A stretch of 64,000 bases of DNA from Patescibacteria group bacterium (GTDB taxonomy: Bacteria; Patescibacteriota; Minisyncoccia; Phycocordibacterales; Phycocordibacteraceae). Both the position numbers and the translations under genes were made by a program. The stretch is from the NCBI GenBank assembly GCA_040388985.1, contig JAZKAU010000002.1:52570-116569 (forward strand), in the 5' to 3' direction. The notes under the pieces were generated by a model that worked only from the letters and a program-made list of their open reading frames with translations, did no database searches and was not told the DNA's origin. Below are positions 49,436-59,362 of this stretch, in pieces; the stretch's first letter is position 1; each line of letters opens with the position of its first letter.

Positions 49436-50221
49436 ATGGAAAAGACATCTCAAAAACTGAAGGAGTCGCTTACTTCTCTAGGACTATCTCAGAAGGAAGC
49501 GGCCATCTATATTGCTCTCTTGGAGCTTGGTAGATCGACCGTATCGCAAATCTCGCGGAAGGCGGCCGTGAACCGCGCGACCGGCTATGTCATCCTCGAT
49601 TCCCTTATCACTAAAGGGCTCGTCAGTATCTCCGGCAAGGAGCCGAAGCAGGAATATGTCGCAGAGTCTCCCGATAAGCTGCCTGAGTTTTTCAGGAACG
49701 AGCAGAAAGAAGCTCGAGAGAAGGAGGAGAAGGCACAGGAGCTCTCGCTTCAGCTGAAGTCGATACAGAAGGTCGGTGATCGGCCGCAAGTACGTTTTTA
49801 CGAGGGAGAGGAAGGGATAAAGGCCGTCTTCGAGGATTCCCTGACTGCGACGTCAGGAAAGATAATTGCTTTCACCTCTATAGAGGACCAGCATACGTCT
49901 ATTCCAAACTACTTCCCCGAATACTACCAGCGCCGCAAGAGGAAGAAGATATTCATGCGGTCGATATTTCCCGACACGCCCATGGGTATCGAGAGACAGG
50001 GAGCGAACGAGAGCGAGTATCGCGAGTCAGTCCTCGTTCCCAGAGAGATGTACGGCATCCACCCTGCTATAAACGTATACGACAACAAGCTTATGATCGC
50101 TTCCTTTCGCGAAAAGCTCGGTATCCTCGTGGAAAGCGCCGAGATCGCGGACGCGATGAAGAAGATATTCGAACTCGCGTGGATCGGCGCGCATTCCCTG
50201 GAAACACAAAAAGAAACATGA
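49436..50221 (+). CDS. TrmB-family regulator 9 (helix NRATGYV)
   Basis: Close paralog of regulator 7 (SGKEPK.EY.AESPDKL, DRPQVRFYEG). Confidence 0.9.
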   Translation: MEKTSQKLKESLTSLGLSQKEAAIYIALLELGRSTVSQISRKAAVNRATGYVILDSLITKGLVSISGKEPKQEYVAESPDKLPEFFRNEQKEAREKEEKAQELSLQLKSIQKVGDRPQVRFYEGEEGIKAVFEDSLTATSGKIIAFTSIEDQHTSIPNYFPEYYQRRKRKKIFMRSIFPDTPMGIERQGANESEYRESVLVPREMYGIHPAINVYDNKLMIASFREKLGILVESAEIADAMKKIFELAWIGAHSLETQKET

Positions 50222-50239
50222 TTTTGGTATACTGAGCGT

Positions 50240-50806
50240 ATGTCAGGACACAACAAGTGGTCGCAGATAAAGCAGCAGAAAGGCGCGACTGATGCAGCTA
50301 AGAGCCGTACGTTCTCGAAGTTCGCGCGGCTCCTCACTATCGAGTCTAAGAAGGCGGCCGGGAACGCTGCGTCTCCGGCACTCCTCGCCGTCGTCGCGCG
50401 CGCGAAAGCTGCGAATATGCCTAAGGAGAACATCGAGCGCGCTATCGCCAAGGGAAACTCTAAGGACGCGGGCGAGCTTGAGCATGTAAGCTATGAATTC
50501 TTCGGTCCTGGCGGCTCCGCGGTCATCGTCTCGGCGCTGACCGATAACCGCAACCGTACGACGCAGGAAATAAAGCATCTGCTTACTAAGAACGGATTCG
50601 AGCTTGGCGCGCCAGGGAGCGCAGCGTGGGCATTCACGAAAGCTGGTGACGGAACGTATACGCCGAACGCACCTCTCGTTACGGTAGAAGGGACCGACCA
50701 AGAAAAGCTCGAGATGCTCCTCAACCTCTTCGATGATCACGACGACGTGCAGGATGTCTTCAGTAATGCGATAGGCTATGAGTCCTCACGCGAAGATGCT
50801 GACTGA
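50240..50806 (+). CDS. yebC: YebC/PmpR family protein, short form
   Basis: MSGHNKWSQIK, NMPKENIERAI, TDNRNRT, DDVQ. Confidence 0.92.
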   Translation: MSGHNKWSQIKQQKGATDAAKSRTFSKFARLLTIESKKAAGNAASPALLAVVARAKAANMPKENIERAIAKGNSKDAGELEHVSYEFFGPGGSAVIVSALTDNRNRTTQEIKHLLTKNGFELGAPGSAAWAFTKAGDGTYTPNAPLVTVEGTDQEKLEMLLNLFDDHDDVQDVFSNAIGYESSREDAD

Positions 50807-50812
50807 TATATG

Positions 50813-51015
50813 CCCCGTATGACAACTTCGCATCGCTCCCCTGCTATGAATACTTTCAAGCAGCATTGCGCCCAGCGGATTTCGAAGGTAAGGTGCGCAA
50901 CATTATGTGCCGGCGCGAGCGAGTATTCGTACATGCCTACTTCGATATATATGAGTACTTTTACAAGCACGGCGTTTAGTCGAAACGCCGGTGATGCGAA
51001 GTTGTCATAACGGGG
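50813..51015. mobile_element. MITE-like element, family B
   Basis: 22/23-bp terminal inverted repeats CCCCGT(T)ATGACAACTTCGCATC. Confidence 0.65.
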
Positions 51016-51016
51016 T

Positions 51017-51484
51017 ATGAGAGTGCTTGGCGTAGACCCGGGATTCGACAGGCTCGGGCTCGCGGTGCTCGAAGGTGACCCGAGCAGACCCAGCCTCGTG
51101 TGGAGCGACTGTGTGACGCCCGCTCAAGGACTACCTGAAGAGCGGCTAGCTGCGGTATATGCGGCTATAACCGAGGCGCTTACGCACCATACGCCGGACA
51201 CCATCGCGGTCGAGACGCTCTTCTTCAGCACGAATAAGAAGACGGCCTTGGCGGTGGCGCAGGCGCGCGGCGCCATACTTGCCGCCGCAGGCGCGCTCAG
51301 GGTGCGGGTCCAGGAGTACAGCCCTGCACAGGTGAAACTCGCGGTGACCGGCCACGGCGCGGCGGATAAGGTAGCTATCGCGCGCATGATTCCGCACCTG
51401 GTCGCGCTCTCCAGCCGCAAGCGGCTCGATGACGAGATGGATGCGATTGCGGTGGGTATTGCAGGCCTCGCTGACCGACGCTGA
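51017..51484 (+). CDS. ruvC: Holliday junction resolvase
   Basis: LGVDPG, VE.LFF, QARG, VK.AVTG.G.A.K, DD..DA. Confidence 0.95.
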   Translation: MRVLGVDPGFDRLGLAVLEGDPSRPSLVWSDCVTPAQGLPEERLAAVYAAITEALTHHTPDTIAVETLFFSTNKKTALAVAQARGAILAAAGALRVRVQEYSPAQVKLAVTGHGAADKVAIARMIPHLVALSSRKRLDDEMDAIAVGIAGLADRR

Positions 51485-51623
51485 GATCGCTGGTTTCCTG
51501 ATCTGCTTTGAGCCGTCTAGGTGTCACCTAGACAGCTGCTATCCACACGAACGTTATCCACTACTTGCAAAGAAATACGATTCTGTTCAAATAGGAGGGC
51601 TACGCGGAATTCCGCGGCATAAC

Positions 51624-51800
51624 GAGCTTCCTGAAATTCCCCGGTCTGCTGTGTTGTCGCTGCTTCGAAATTCTCACGTACGCCCCTAATTTCTTACGAG
51701 TAATCGAGTTAGAAATTAGGAAGTGCCCTTGGGGTGCGCCTTAGTACGCCTGGGAATTTCTCATTGCTCCGCCTTGCATCTCGGGTTTTTCAGAAACCTC
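51624..51800. mobile_element. MITE-like element, family A copy 3
   Basis: About 160-bp interior nearly identical (inverted) to 59182-59362. Confidence 0.85.
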
Positions 51801-51823
51801 TATAATAAGTAATTGCGACCATA

Positions 51824-51985
51824 ATGACTGACGACGACCTGCTCGACGAAGATGCGCTTGATGACAAGGGTCTTCCGCTCGACCTCTCAGACGAGGACGG
51901 AGAGTCCGGAATCCTCGACGACGAGGAAGAGGATCCGCTCGCTATCCCTGAAGGGATGCACGAGATCGAAGATGATGGATTCTAA
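51824..51985 (+). CDS. 53-aa highly acidic protein (not in ORF track)
   Basis: MTDDDLLDEDALDDKGLPLDLSDEDGESGILDDEEEDPLAIPEGMHEIEDDGF; TATAAT upstream, hairpin downstream. Confidence 0.6.
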   Translation: MTDDDLLDEDALDDKGLPLDLSDEDGESGILDDEEEDPLAIPEGMHEIEDDGF

Positions 51986-52058
51986 GCCTCTATTTACTGA
52001 GCCTGTGTGAAAAGAACGCCCGCCTCCCGCGGGCGTTCGTGCTACCATTGCCTGTAGC

Positions 52059-54257
52059 ATGATCAGGAAGAAATCAGCTGCGCCAAAAACGAAAGAGTCA
52101 CGCCTCGGGAAGCTGCTTCATAGCCCTCACCCGGTCGTAAAGGCCGGATATGTCGTGATAGGACTTGGATTCTTGATACTCGGCATAAGCATCCTTTGGG
52201 TAGCGTTTACGCCGATTCCCGCCCTTAACACCTTTGACTCGCGGAAGGTTGCGCAGTCAACCAAGATCTATGACCGCACCGGGAAGACAGTGCTCTATGA
52301 CCTCAATCACAACGTGAAGCGTGACGTCGTGCCACTTTCGGAAATTCCGCTGAATCTGCAGCATGCGACCATCTCCATCGAGGACTCCGGTTTCTATCAG
52401 CACGGCGGCGTGAGCTTTACGGGCATCGCTCGCTCCTTCCTGACCGATATAGTGCGCATGTCGTTTGCGCAAGGCGGTTCGACCCTCACGCAGCAGGTGG
52501 TGAAGAATACTATCCTTACGGGCAATAAGAACATTATCCGTAAGGTACAGGAGTGGATACTGGCCATACGTCTCGAACAGAAATATACGAAGGACCAGAT
52601 CCTTGAGTTCTATTTCAACGTCACGCCATACGGCGGGACGCTCTACGGCGCGCAAGTAGCGAGCCGTTCCTTCTTCGCAAAGGACGTGAGCGAACTCGAC
52701 CTGGCTGAGTCCGCCTATCTCGCTGCCATACCGCAGCTTCCGACCTACTACTCTCCGTATGGGAACAATCGCGCTGCGCTCGACGTTCGCAAGAATATCG
52801 TGCTCGACCGCATGCTTACTCTCGGCTATATCACGCAGGCAGAGCATGATTCGGCGAAGAAAGAGCAGGTGGTCTTCAGTCGCCAGCAGGATAACTCCAT
52901 TCTCGCGCCGCACTTCGTCTTCTATATCGAGCAGCAGCTCGAGGCGAAATACGGCACGGACGTCGCGACCCAGGGACTTACCGTCATCACGACTATCGAC
53001 GCGGACCTTCAGAGCCAGGCTGACCGTCTCGTGAATCAGTACGCGCTCGCGAACGTGAAGAAGTTCAACGCGAGCAATGCCGCGCTCGTCGCCATCGATC
53101 CTAAGACCGGGCAGATACTCGCCATGGTAGGCTCGCGCGACTATTTCGATACGCAGATAGACGGCAACTACAATGCAGCTCTCGCGCTTCGCCAGCCGGG
53201 CTCGTCCTTCAAGCCCTTTGTGTACGCGACGGCGCTGCAGAAAGGCTATACGCCGGAGACCGCTATATTCGATCTTCCGACACAGTTCTCGACCACCTGC
53301 GCAGTTAGCGATAACTTCAACGATACGCCTCCTTGTTATGCGCCGGGAAACTACGACGGCCTGTTCCGGGGTCCCATGACGTTCACCACGGCACTCGCGC
53401 AGTCCATCAACATCCCGGCCGTGAAGACGCTGTATCTGGCTGGCATCCCTGACGTGCTGACGCTCGCCAAGAATATGGGCCTCACGTCGCTCGGCTCACC
53501 GAAGGATTACGGTCTCTCTCTTGCACTCGGGGCGGCGGAAGTCCGCCTCCTTGACCTCACGAGCGCGTACAGCGGATTTGCCAACGAAGGCATGCTGAAC
53601 GCACCGACCGGCATCCTGAAGATCACGGACTCGGACGGAAAGACTATAGATGAATACAAGGCAGCAGCGCGCCAGGCTATAGAGCCTGAGATAGCGCGCG
53701 AGATGTCCTCTATGCTCTCTAATAATGAGGCGCGCTCGCCTGAGTATCCTCCCGATAACCCGTTCCACTTCCCGGGCTACGATGTAGCCGCAAAGACCGG
53801 TACTACCAACGAGTCGCGCGACGCGTGGACCATCGGCTACACGCCGTCGATCGCTATCGGCGTATGGGCTGGCAACAACGACAACAGTCCGATGGTGAAG
53901 GAAATCGCTGGATACATCGTCGCTCCTATGTGGCATGACGTGATGCAATACGCCATCACTAAGTACCCCCAGGAGTTCTTTACGCCGCCCGAGCCTATTC
54001 CAGACTCCGTCCCAGGCGCACTGCGCGGCCTCTACAGCGACGGCACGTCCTATCACGACATCCTCTACTGGGTGAATAGGGATAATCCGCGCGTTCCCGG
54101 AAACTCCATGAACGACGGTCAGTTCCCCTACTGGGAATACCCTCTAAGCGGCGGCTGGGGGTCAGGTGCGGCTGCTCCACAGGCTACAACTACCACGACA
54201 GTTACCGGCGAGACTCCTGCTGCTGACCAGGGTCAGGACGCTGGCAATCCTCATTGA
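52059..54257 (+). CDS. Class A penicillin-binding protein
   Basis: ED..FY.H.G, GGSTLTQQ, RQPGSSFKP, SIN, KTGT. Confidence 0.95.
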   Translation: MIRKKSAAPKTKESRLGKLLHSPHPVVKAGYVVIGLGFLILGISILWVAFTPIPALNTFDSRKVAQSTKIYDRTGKTVLYDLNHNVKRDVVPLSEIPLNLQHATISIEDSGFYQHGGVSFTGIARSFLTDIVRMSFAQGGSTLTQQVVKNTILTGNKNIIRKVQEWILAIRLEQKYTKDQILEFYFNVTPYGGTLYGAQVASRSFFAKDVSELDLAESAYLAAIPQLPTYYSPYGNNRAALDVRKNIVLDRMLTLGYITQAEHDSAKKEQVVFSRQQDNSILAPHFVFYIEQQLEAKYGTDVATQGLTVITTIDADLQSQADRLVNQYALANVKKFNASNAALVAIDPKTGQILAMVGSRDYFDTQIDGNYNAALALRQPGSSFKPFVYATALQKGYTPETAIFDLPTQFSTTCAVSDNFNDTPPCYAPGNYDGLFRGPMTFTTALAQSINIPAVKTLYLAGIPDVLTLAKNMGLTSLGSPKDYGLSLALGAAEVRLLDLTSAYSGFANEGMLNAPTGILKITDSDGKTIDEYKAAARQAIEPEIAREMSSMLSNNEARSPEYPPDNPFHFPGYDVAAKTGTTNESRDAWTIGYTPSIAIGVWAGNNDNSPMVKEIAGYIVAPMWHDVMQYAITKYPQEFFTPPEPIPDSVPGALRGLYSDGTSYHDILYWVNRDNPRVPGNSMNDGQFPYWEYPLSGGWGSGAAAPQATTTTTVTGETPAADQGQDAGNPH

Positions 54258-54452
54258 AAGAACGGTGAGGGTGTTTAGAGGCATCTGACCTTCAATATTC
54301 CTGGGGGGTTAGTACGAATGATTAACGAGAGATTGAAGACACGCTTGCGTCTGTTAGAATAGAAATATGCATATATTGATTGCGAACGCTCAGAACCGTC
54401 GTAGGAGCAACCTCTTTGAGGCCGCTTGTTCTTTAGGGGAAAGGGTCAAGGA

Positions 54453-54674
54453 ATGTCTAAGGATCTGCTTATAACGCGTAGCGATTATTTGAAGCTTAAA
54501 GCACTAGCACCTGGCAGTAGCGTTGAGGTGTTCGTACTATCCAGCAACCGGTTCCCAGGCACGTACAATAGTACGTCCGGGTCACACGCGAAACCGATCG
54601 CCTGTCGTGCAGAGATTGTGCATGTGAAGAAGAGGCGGCAGCCTCGAGTGCGGGTAAGACTAACCAGAGAATAA
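54453..54674 (+). CDS. Hypothetical small basic protein
   Basis: Short ORF followed by a hairpin; no recognised motif. Confidence 0.35.
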   Translation: MSKDLLITRSDYLKLKALAPGSSVEVFVLSSNRFPGTYNSTSGSHAKPIACRAEIVHVKKRRQPRVRVRLTRE

Positions 54675-54759
54675 AAAGGTCTATGCAAGATATTTGGGGC
54701 GGGGTCTTCGGACCCCGCTTTCTTTACGATTACCAGAAACAAGTGCTGATCGAGATACA

Positions 54760-55014
54760 CTATTTGATCGTCTGTATAGAAATTCCTTTCTTTTCTAAAA
54801 GGGAGAGAATATCTTTTCTCTTCAGGTGGAGCGCTGATTTCACGACCGGGGGGGAGGAAACGATGAGTATGGAGTCTTTGAAGACGATCTGTTTCGGTTG
54901 AATAGGAATGCCGAGCTGTTCACTTAATACTTCGGCGATAGTGTGGCGATCATTCGATTCCTTGAGCCCGGGAATCGGGAGCCGCGCCAGGATATCGCTT
55001 AGCCGCTTCTCCAT
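54760..55014 (-). CDS. DciA/DUF721-like small protein
   Basis: Directly after dnaN; L.V.SPP..K..L.LKR..IL..L pattern. Confidence 0.5.
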   Translation of the reverse strand: MEKRLSDILARLPIPGLKESNDRHTIAEVLSEQLGIPIQPKQIVFKDSILIVSSPPVVKSALHLKRKDILSLLEKKGISIQTIK

Positions 55015-55018
55015 ATCC

Positions 55019-56119
55019 CTACTGATTCATCGGCATCACGAGGTAGAGAAGCGTGTTATCCCCTACTCCACGAATGACAAGCGGGCGTCCTATACCTGCG
55101 GACGAGAGTGAGAGGCTTTCGGTCGTGATGAGTGGAAGAGGCGCCGAGAGATAGCGATGATTGAAGGAGAGTTCGACCGATTCGCCAGTAATTGATGCGG
55201 GGACGCTCTCGGAAGACTCTCCGATGTCGCTATTACGGGCTGAGAAGACAACTTTCTTATCCTCACTTGAGAATCCTATACGGACCTTCTGGAATGAGTC
55301 TGAGAAGACTGAGGTACGCTTAAGTGCAGTCTCGAAATCCTTCCTGAGTAATGTCGCTTCCGATACGAAAGACTTCGGGATGATCTGTGCGTAGTCGGGG
55401 TACGGGACAGTGACAAGACGGGTAGTGACGATGCCGTTATTCCACGAGAACGCGCACTGGTGCTCATCGATAAGGACTTCGACCATGTCGTCCGGTAAGG
55501 TCTGAACGATGTCGATGGCGTTCTTAGCAGGAATGAGTATTGAAAATGGAGATATTGCGCCTGCGACAGAGAGTTTCTTCTCTGCCAGACGGAAGGAATC
55601 AGTCGCAACCGCCTTCACTACACCTCCTTCAGCGGATAGGAGTACGCTGCCGAGTTCTGGGCGTACTGTTGAAGGGGAGGCACATGAGGCGACCGTGAGT
55701 ACGAGGGTGCGTAGTGCACTTCCTGCAAGCTGGAATTTCGTCGCAGAGGCCTCTGGAAACGGGAGTGTGGGGAAATCCTCGTATGAGAGGGTTTTAAGCT
55801 GGCTCTGCCCCGCAGGAGAGCGTATGACGACTGTCTCGCCTGCGTGCTCGAGTGTAATCGTACCTGTTCCCGAGAACGAGGAGGTGATCTCACGAAGCGT
55901 CGCTGCAGGTAATGCTACGACACCCGCATCTTGTATGGTTCCAGCAACTTTTAAATCGATCCCGGTCTCGAGATTAGTTGCTCGCAGCTTTATCCCATCG
56001 TCACCAGCGACGATGGCGATACCTGCAAGTACCGGAAGAGTCGCCGAACGCCGCTCCGCAAAGCGCGCAACTCTCGCAACAGCCTCAGAGAACTCTTTTT
56101 TTTCTAAAGTAATAACCAT
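55019..56119 (-). CDS. dnaN: DNA polymerase III beta clamp
   Basis: ATNLE, ATDSFRLAE, YPDY, LVMPM. Confidence 0.95.
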   Translation of the reverse strand: MVITLEKKEFSEAVARVARFAERRSATLPVLAGIAIVAGDDGIKLRATNLETGIDLKVAGTIQDAGVVALPAATLREITSSFSGTGTITLEHAGETVVIRSPAGQSQLKTLSYEDFPTLPFPEASATKFQLAGSALRTLVLTVASCASPSTVRPELGSVLLSAEGGVVKAVATDSFRLAEKKLSVAGAISPFSILIPAKNAIDIVQTLPDDMVEVLIDEHQCAFSWNNGIVTTRLVTVPYPDYAQIIPKSFVSEATLLRKDFETALKRTSVFSDSFQKVRIGFSSEDKKVVFSARNSDIGESSESVPASITGESVELSFNHRYLSAPLPLITTESLSLSSAGIGRPLVIRGVGDNTLLYLVMPMNQ

Positions 56120-56358
56120 ACGCTTATTATTAGGGGTGTTGATACTGGGGAAAGAGCGATACGACCAGTATATACGCTCTGGAGTGCTTCGCCCACATCT
56201 CGCTATCCTGTGAGCCTGGACCTTGTATCTTGGGGACAAGTCATTCGTCTGATATCGGCTTATAATCCTCACCTCGTTTCCCCCGCACTCTCAGAATCTT
56301 TTCCCCACCCGTTTCCACCTCCACTGCCTCGCTATACACATTCTTTTCCCTCTTGCGC
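56120..56358. other. Probable oriC region
   Basis: Non-coding gap between dnaA and dnaN with degenerate DnaA-box-like motifs (TTCCCCAC, TTTCCAC, TATACACA). Confidence 0.5.
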
Positions 56359-57732
56359 CTAGACCAGGAGCGTGCGTATGTCCTGGATCTCTTTAGCAAG
56401 TTCCATATCATCCGCTATCTCCCGCTTCACCTTCTCGCAGGAATGGATGACGGTGGTGTGATCGCGTCCGCCGAGCTTGTTGCCAATGGTCGGGTACGAG
56501 ACGCTGAAATCCTCACGCAGGATGTACATGATGACCTGACGCGGACGTACCACTTCCCTCCTACGCGTCTTCTCGTAGATGCTGTCTTCATCGATACCGT
56601 AGAATTCCGCGACTTTCGATACGACATGTTTCACCGATATCTGCTTCGTAGGACGCGAGAAAGAACGCAGTGACTGCTTCACTTCAGCCAGATCTGGCGG
56701 AACTCCCTTTACTTGTGTGTGGCAGACGATGCTATTGATGACGCCTTCAAGCTCACGGATGGATCCTGCGACCGAGGTCGCGATGTACTCGACTGATTCG
56801 TCCGCGAGCGTTACGCCGTTGCTTGCCAGCTTCTTCCGCACGATATTGACCCTCGATTCGGTGTCCGGTTCCCCGATATCGACCGTCATGCCGCTTGCGA
56901 GCCGGCCTCGCAGGCGGTCGACGATGTCGGGGATAGCCACTGGCGCGCGGTCGGAGGAGAACAATATCTGCTTGTTGTTGTCGTAGAGGGAGTTGAAGAG
57001 GTGGAAGAGTTCTTCCTGGAACTTATCCTTCTTCGAAAAGAATTGGACGTCGTCGATTATAAGGAGGTCGTACTGGCGGTACTTCTCCTTGAAACGGTTT
57101 GCGGTGCCCGCCTGAAGCGAGTCTGTATACTCATTGCCGAAGCGATCGCTCGTCAGGTAATAGACCTTGCGGTTAGGATAGAGTTTCTTGTACTGATTGC
57201 CGATGGCTTGGATGAGGTGGGTCTTCCCTCTCCCGGTGTCTCCGTAGATGAAGAGCGGGTTGTAGGTAATGCCGGGACGATGTAGTGCAGCCTGAGCTGC
57301 CGTAAAGGCAAGCTCGTTAAAGGAGCCCACGACGAAGGAGTCGAAGGTATAGCGCGGATTGAGGTTATCGCTCTTATTTATATAGAAATCATCAAGAGGC
57401 AGCTCAGGAGTCGGAACGGGCGCACGGCGCGTCTCTTTGGGCTTGCGGGCCACATCCTTCACGATCGTGTACTCGATATTCCGGTACTCGTACGAGACCC
57501 CACGCAGTACTTTGAGCAGCAGCGTATTGAATTTCTTCAGGTACCAGTCCCGGAAGAAGAGGCTCGGTACGCCGATGTACACGATACCGTCCTCTATCTT
57601 CACGATGGAGCTTTCCCGGAACCACGTGTTGAAATTCGCGCTCGAGATGGAGAGTTCTATCTGGCTCAGCACGTATTCCCAGAGCTCGTGGGGGTCTGCG
57701 CGGTTTACCGTGCTTGTCGCGACCATAGTCAT
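56359..57732 (-). CDS. dnaA: Chromosomal replication initiator
   Basis: LNPRYTFDSFV, NPLFIYG..G.GKTHL, DDVQF, RELEG, GGRDHTTV. Confidence 0.97.
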   Translation of the reverse strand: MTMVATSTVNRADPHELWEYVLSQIELSISSANFNTWFRESSIVKIEDGIVYIGVPSLFFRDWYLKKFNTLLLKVLRGVSYEYRNIEYTIVKDVARKPKETRRAPVPTPELPLDDFYINKSDNLNPRYTFDSFVVGSFNELAFTAAQAALHRPGITYNPLFIYGDTGRGKTHLIQAIGNQYKKLYPNRKVYYLTSDRFGNEYTDSLQAGTANRFKEKYRQYDLLIIDDVQFFSKKDKFQEELFHLFNSLYDNNKQILFSSDRAPVAIPDIVDRLRGRLASGMTVDIGEPDTESRVNIVRKKLASNGVTLADESVEYIATSVAGSIRELEGVINSIVCHTQVKGVPPDLAEVKQSLRSFSRPTKQISVKHVVSKVAEFYGIDEDSIYEKTRRREVVRPRQVIMYILREDFSVSYPTIGNKLGGRDHTTVIHSCEKVKREIADDMELAKEIQDIRTLLV

Positions 57733-57900
57733 AGGCGATGAATGATTCGTGAATAATGCGTCGTATCTGCTATTTCCACCGCCTCTATCGTCCCGCAAGC
57801 GTACATCGTAGCAGTAGTATACGCGCCCTACAGCTCGTGGAAAGAGGCTCGCATTTCTTGCACATCCCGAGTCAACCTGGTACTATCCTGTGGACAACGT

Positions 57901-58062
57901 ATGCCCAAGCGCACCTATCAACCGAAGAAGCGAAAGCGTGCTCGAACGCACGGCTTTCTCGCCCGTTCCGCCACCCCAGGCGGCCGCCGCGTGCTTCTCG
58001 CCCGTCGCCGTAAGGGTCGCGCGAGCCTCGCCGTTTCCCCGACCAAGGCTCCTAGCAAGTAA
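57901..58062 (+). CDS. rpmH: 50S ribosomal protein L34 (not in ORF track)
   Basis: [40 protein letters not shown]. Confidence 0.97.
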   Translation: MPKRTYQPKKRKRARTHGFLARSATPGGRRVLLARRRKGRASLAVSPTKAPSK

Positions 58063-58074
58063 ATAAGCCCTCCT

Positions 58075-58401
58075 ATGCTGCCTCGCTCGCTGCGGCTCAG
58101 TAGGCAGGGATTCGCGCTCGCCGGAAGGATGCGGCGTATCTCGAGCGCGCACTTCTCACTCTCGTATGCTGATCATCAGCAGATCGGCGGCTCCGCTGTC
58201 ATAGTCCCGAAGAAAGCCGTCAAAGGGGCGGTCGCACGTCACCTTCTGAAGCGGCGCGTACGCGCCGCACTCCTTCCCTTCAGCCGTCCGGACCGCGTCC
58301 TTATCATCTCTGCACGCACCGGGAGCGAAAAGCTTTCCTTTGCCGAGCTCGAGGCCGAGCTTTCTGAGCTCATTCGTCCTATAATGGGAACTACTACATG
58401 A
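58075..58401 (+). CDS. rnpA: RNase P protein component
   Basis: KKAVKGAVARHLLKRR motif, position after rpmH. Confidence 0.88.
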   Translation: MLPRSLRLSRQGFALAGRMRRISSAHFSLSYADHQQIGGSAVIVPKKAVKGAVARHLLKRRVRAALLPFSRPDRVLIISARTGSEKLSFAELEAELSELIRPIMGTTT

Positions 58402-59141
58402 TCGCTTCGCTCTTTCACAATATCCTCTACGTTCCGATCTATAACCTCCTTATCTTCTTCACGGGCAGTATCCCGGGCGGAGACGTGGGAATCGCCGTCA
58501 TCATCGTTACCATCATCGTGAAGCTGATCGTGATGCCACTTTCAATAAGCGCCGCGAAGACGCAGCGTCGGATGAAGCACGTCGAGCCGCAGATAAAGGC
58601 TATTCGCGAAAAATATAAGGACGATAAGCAGGCACAGGCCGCCGAGACGATGGCGCTCTACAAGAATAACGGCATCAAGCCGTTCTCAAGCATTTTTGCC
58701 GTATTCCTCCAATTGCCGATCATCATCGCGCTCTATATGGTGTTCCGGCACGAGCACTTGCTTACCGCGAATCTTTCGCTCATTTATCCTTTCATCACGC
58801 TCCCGGCCAGTATCTCCCCCTACTTCCTCGGCCTCTTCGCCACGACCGGCCACAGCATCACGCTGGCTGTCGTCGCAGCTGCCAGTCAGTTCCTCCAGGC
58901 GCGGCTCACCATACCTGTTCCTGAAAGATCTACGAGCGCAAAACCGTCTTCGAGCGAAGAGTTCGCGCGCGCGCTCGCACTCCAGTCCCGATTCATCCTC
59001 CCGGTCCTTATCGGCGTATTCGCTTACACCACGGGCGCCATCGCTCTCTATTTCATAACCAGCAGCATCGTCGCCGTCTTGCAGGAACTCTATTTGCGGC
59101 GAGTACGGCACATGTCTCCGGCAGAGCTCGTGACGACATAG
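58398..59141 (+). CDS. yidC: Membrane protein insertase
   Basis: G.A.I..TI.VK, P.I..IREKYK, LQLPI..ALY; synteny. Confidence 0.92.
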   Translation: MIASLFHNILYVPIYNLLIFFTGSIPGGDVGIAVIIVTIIVKLIVMPLSISAAKTQRRMKHVEPQIKAIREKYKDDKQAQAAETMALYKNNGIKPFSSIFAVFLQLPIIIALYMVFRHEHLLTANLSLIYPFITLPASISPYFLGLFATTGHSITLAVVAAASQFLQARLTIPVPERSTSAKPSSSEEFARALALQSRFILPVLIGVFAYTTGAIALYFITSSIVAVLQELYLRRVRHMSPAELVTT

Positions 59142-59181
59142 CCGTAGGGTGTCGCCACCTCACATTCCCTTCGACCAGCAG

Positions 59182-59362
59182 CTAAGCCTGTTGAAAAACC
59201 CGAGATGCAAGGCGGAGCAATGAGAAATTCCCAGGCGTACTAAGGCGCACCCCAAGGGCACTTCCTAATTTCTAACTCGATTACTCGTAAGAAATTAGGG
59301 GCGTACGTGAGAATTTCGAAGCAGCGACAACACAGCAGGTCGGGGAATTTCAGCAGGCTTAG
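59182..59362. mobile_element. MITE-like element, family A copy 4
   Basis: Ends CTAAGCCTGTTGAAA/TTTCAGCAGGCTTAG; contains the stop codon of the adjacent ORF. Confidence 0.85.
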
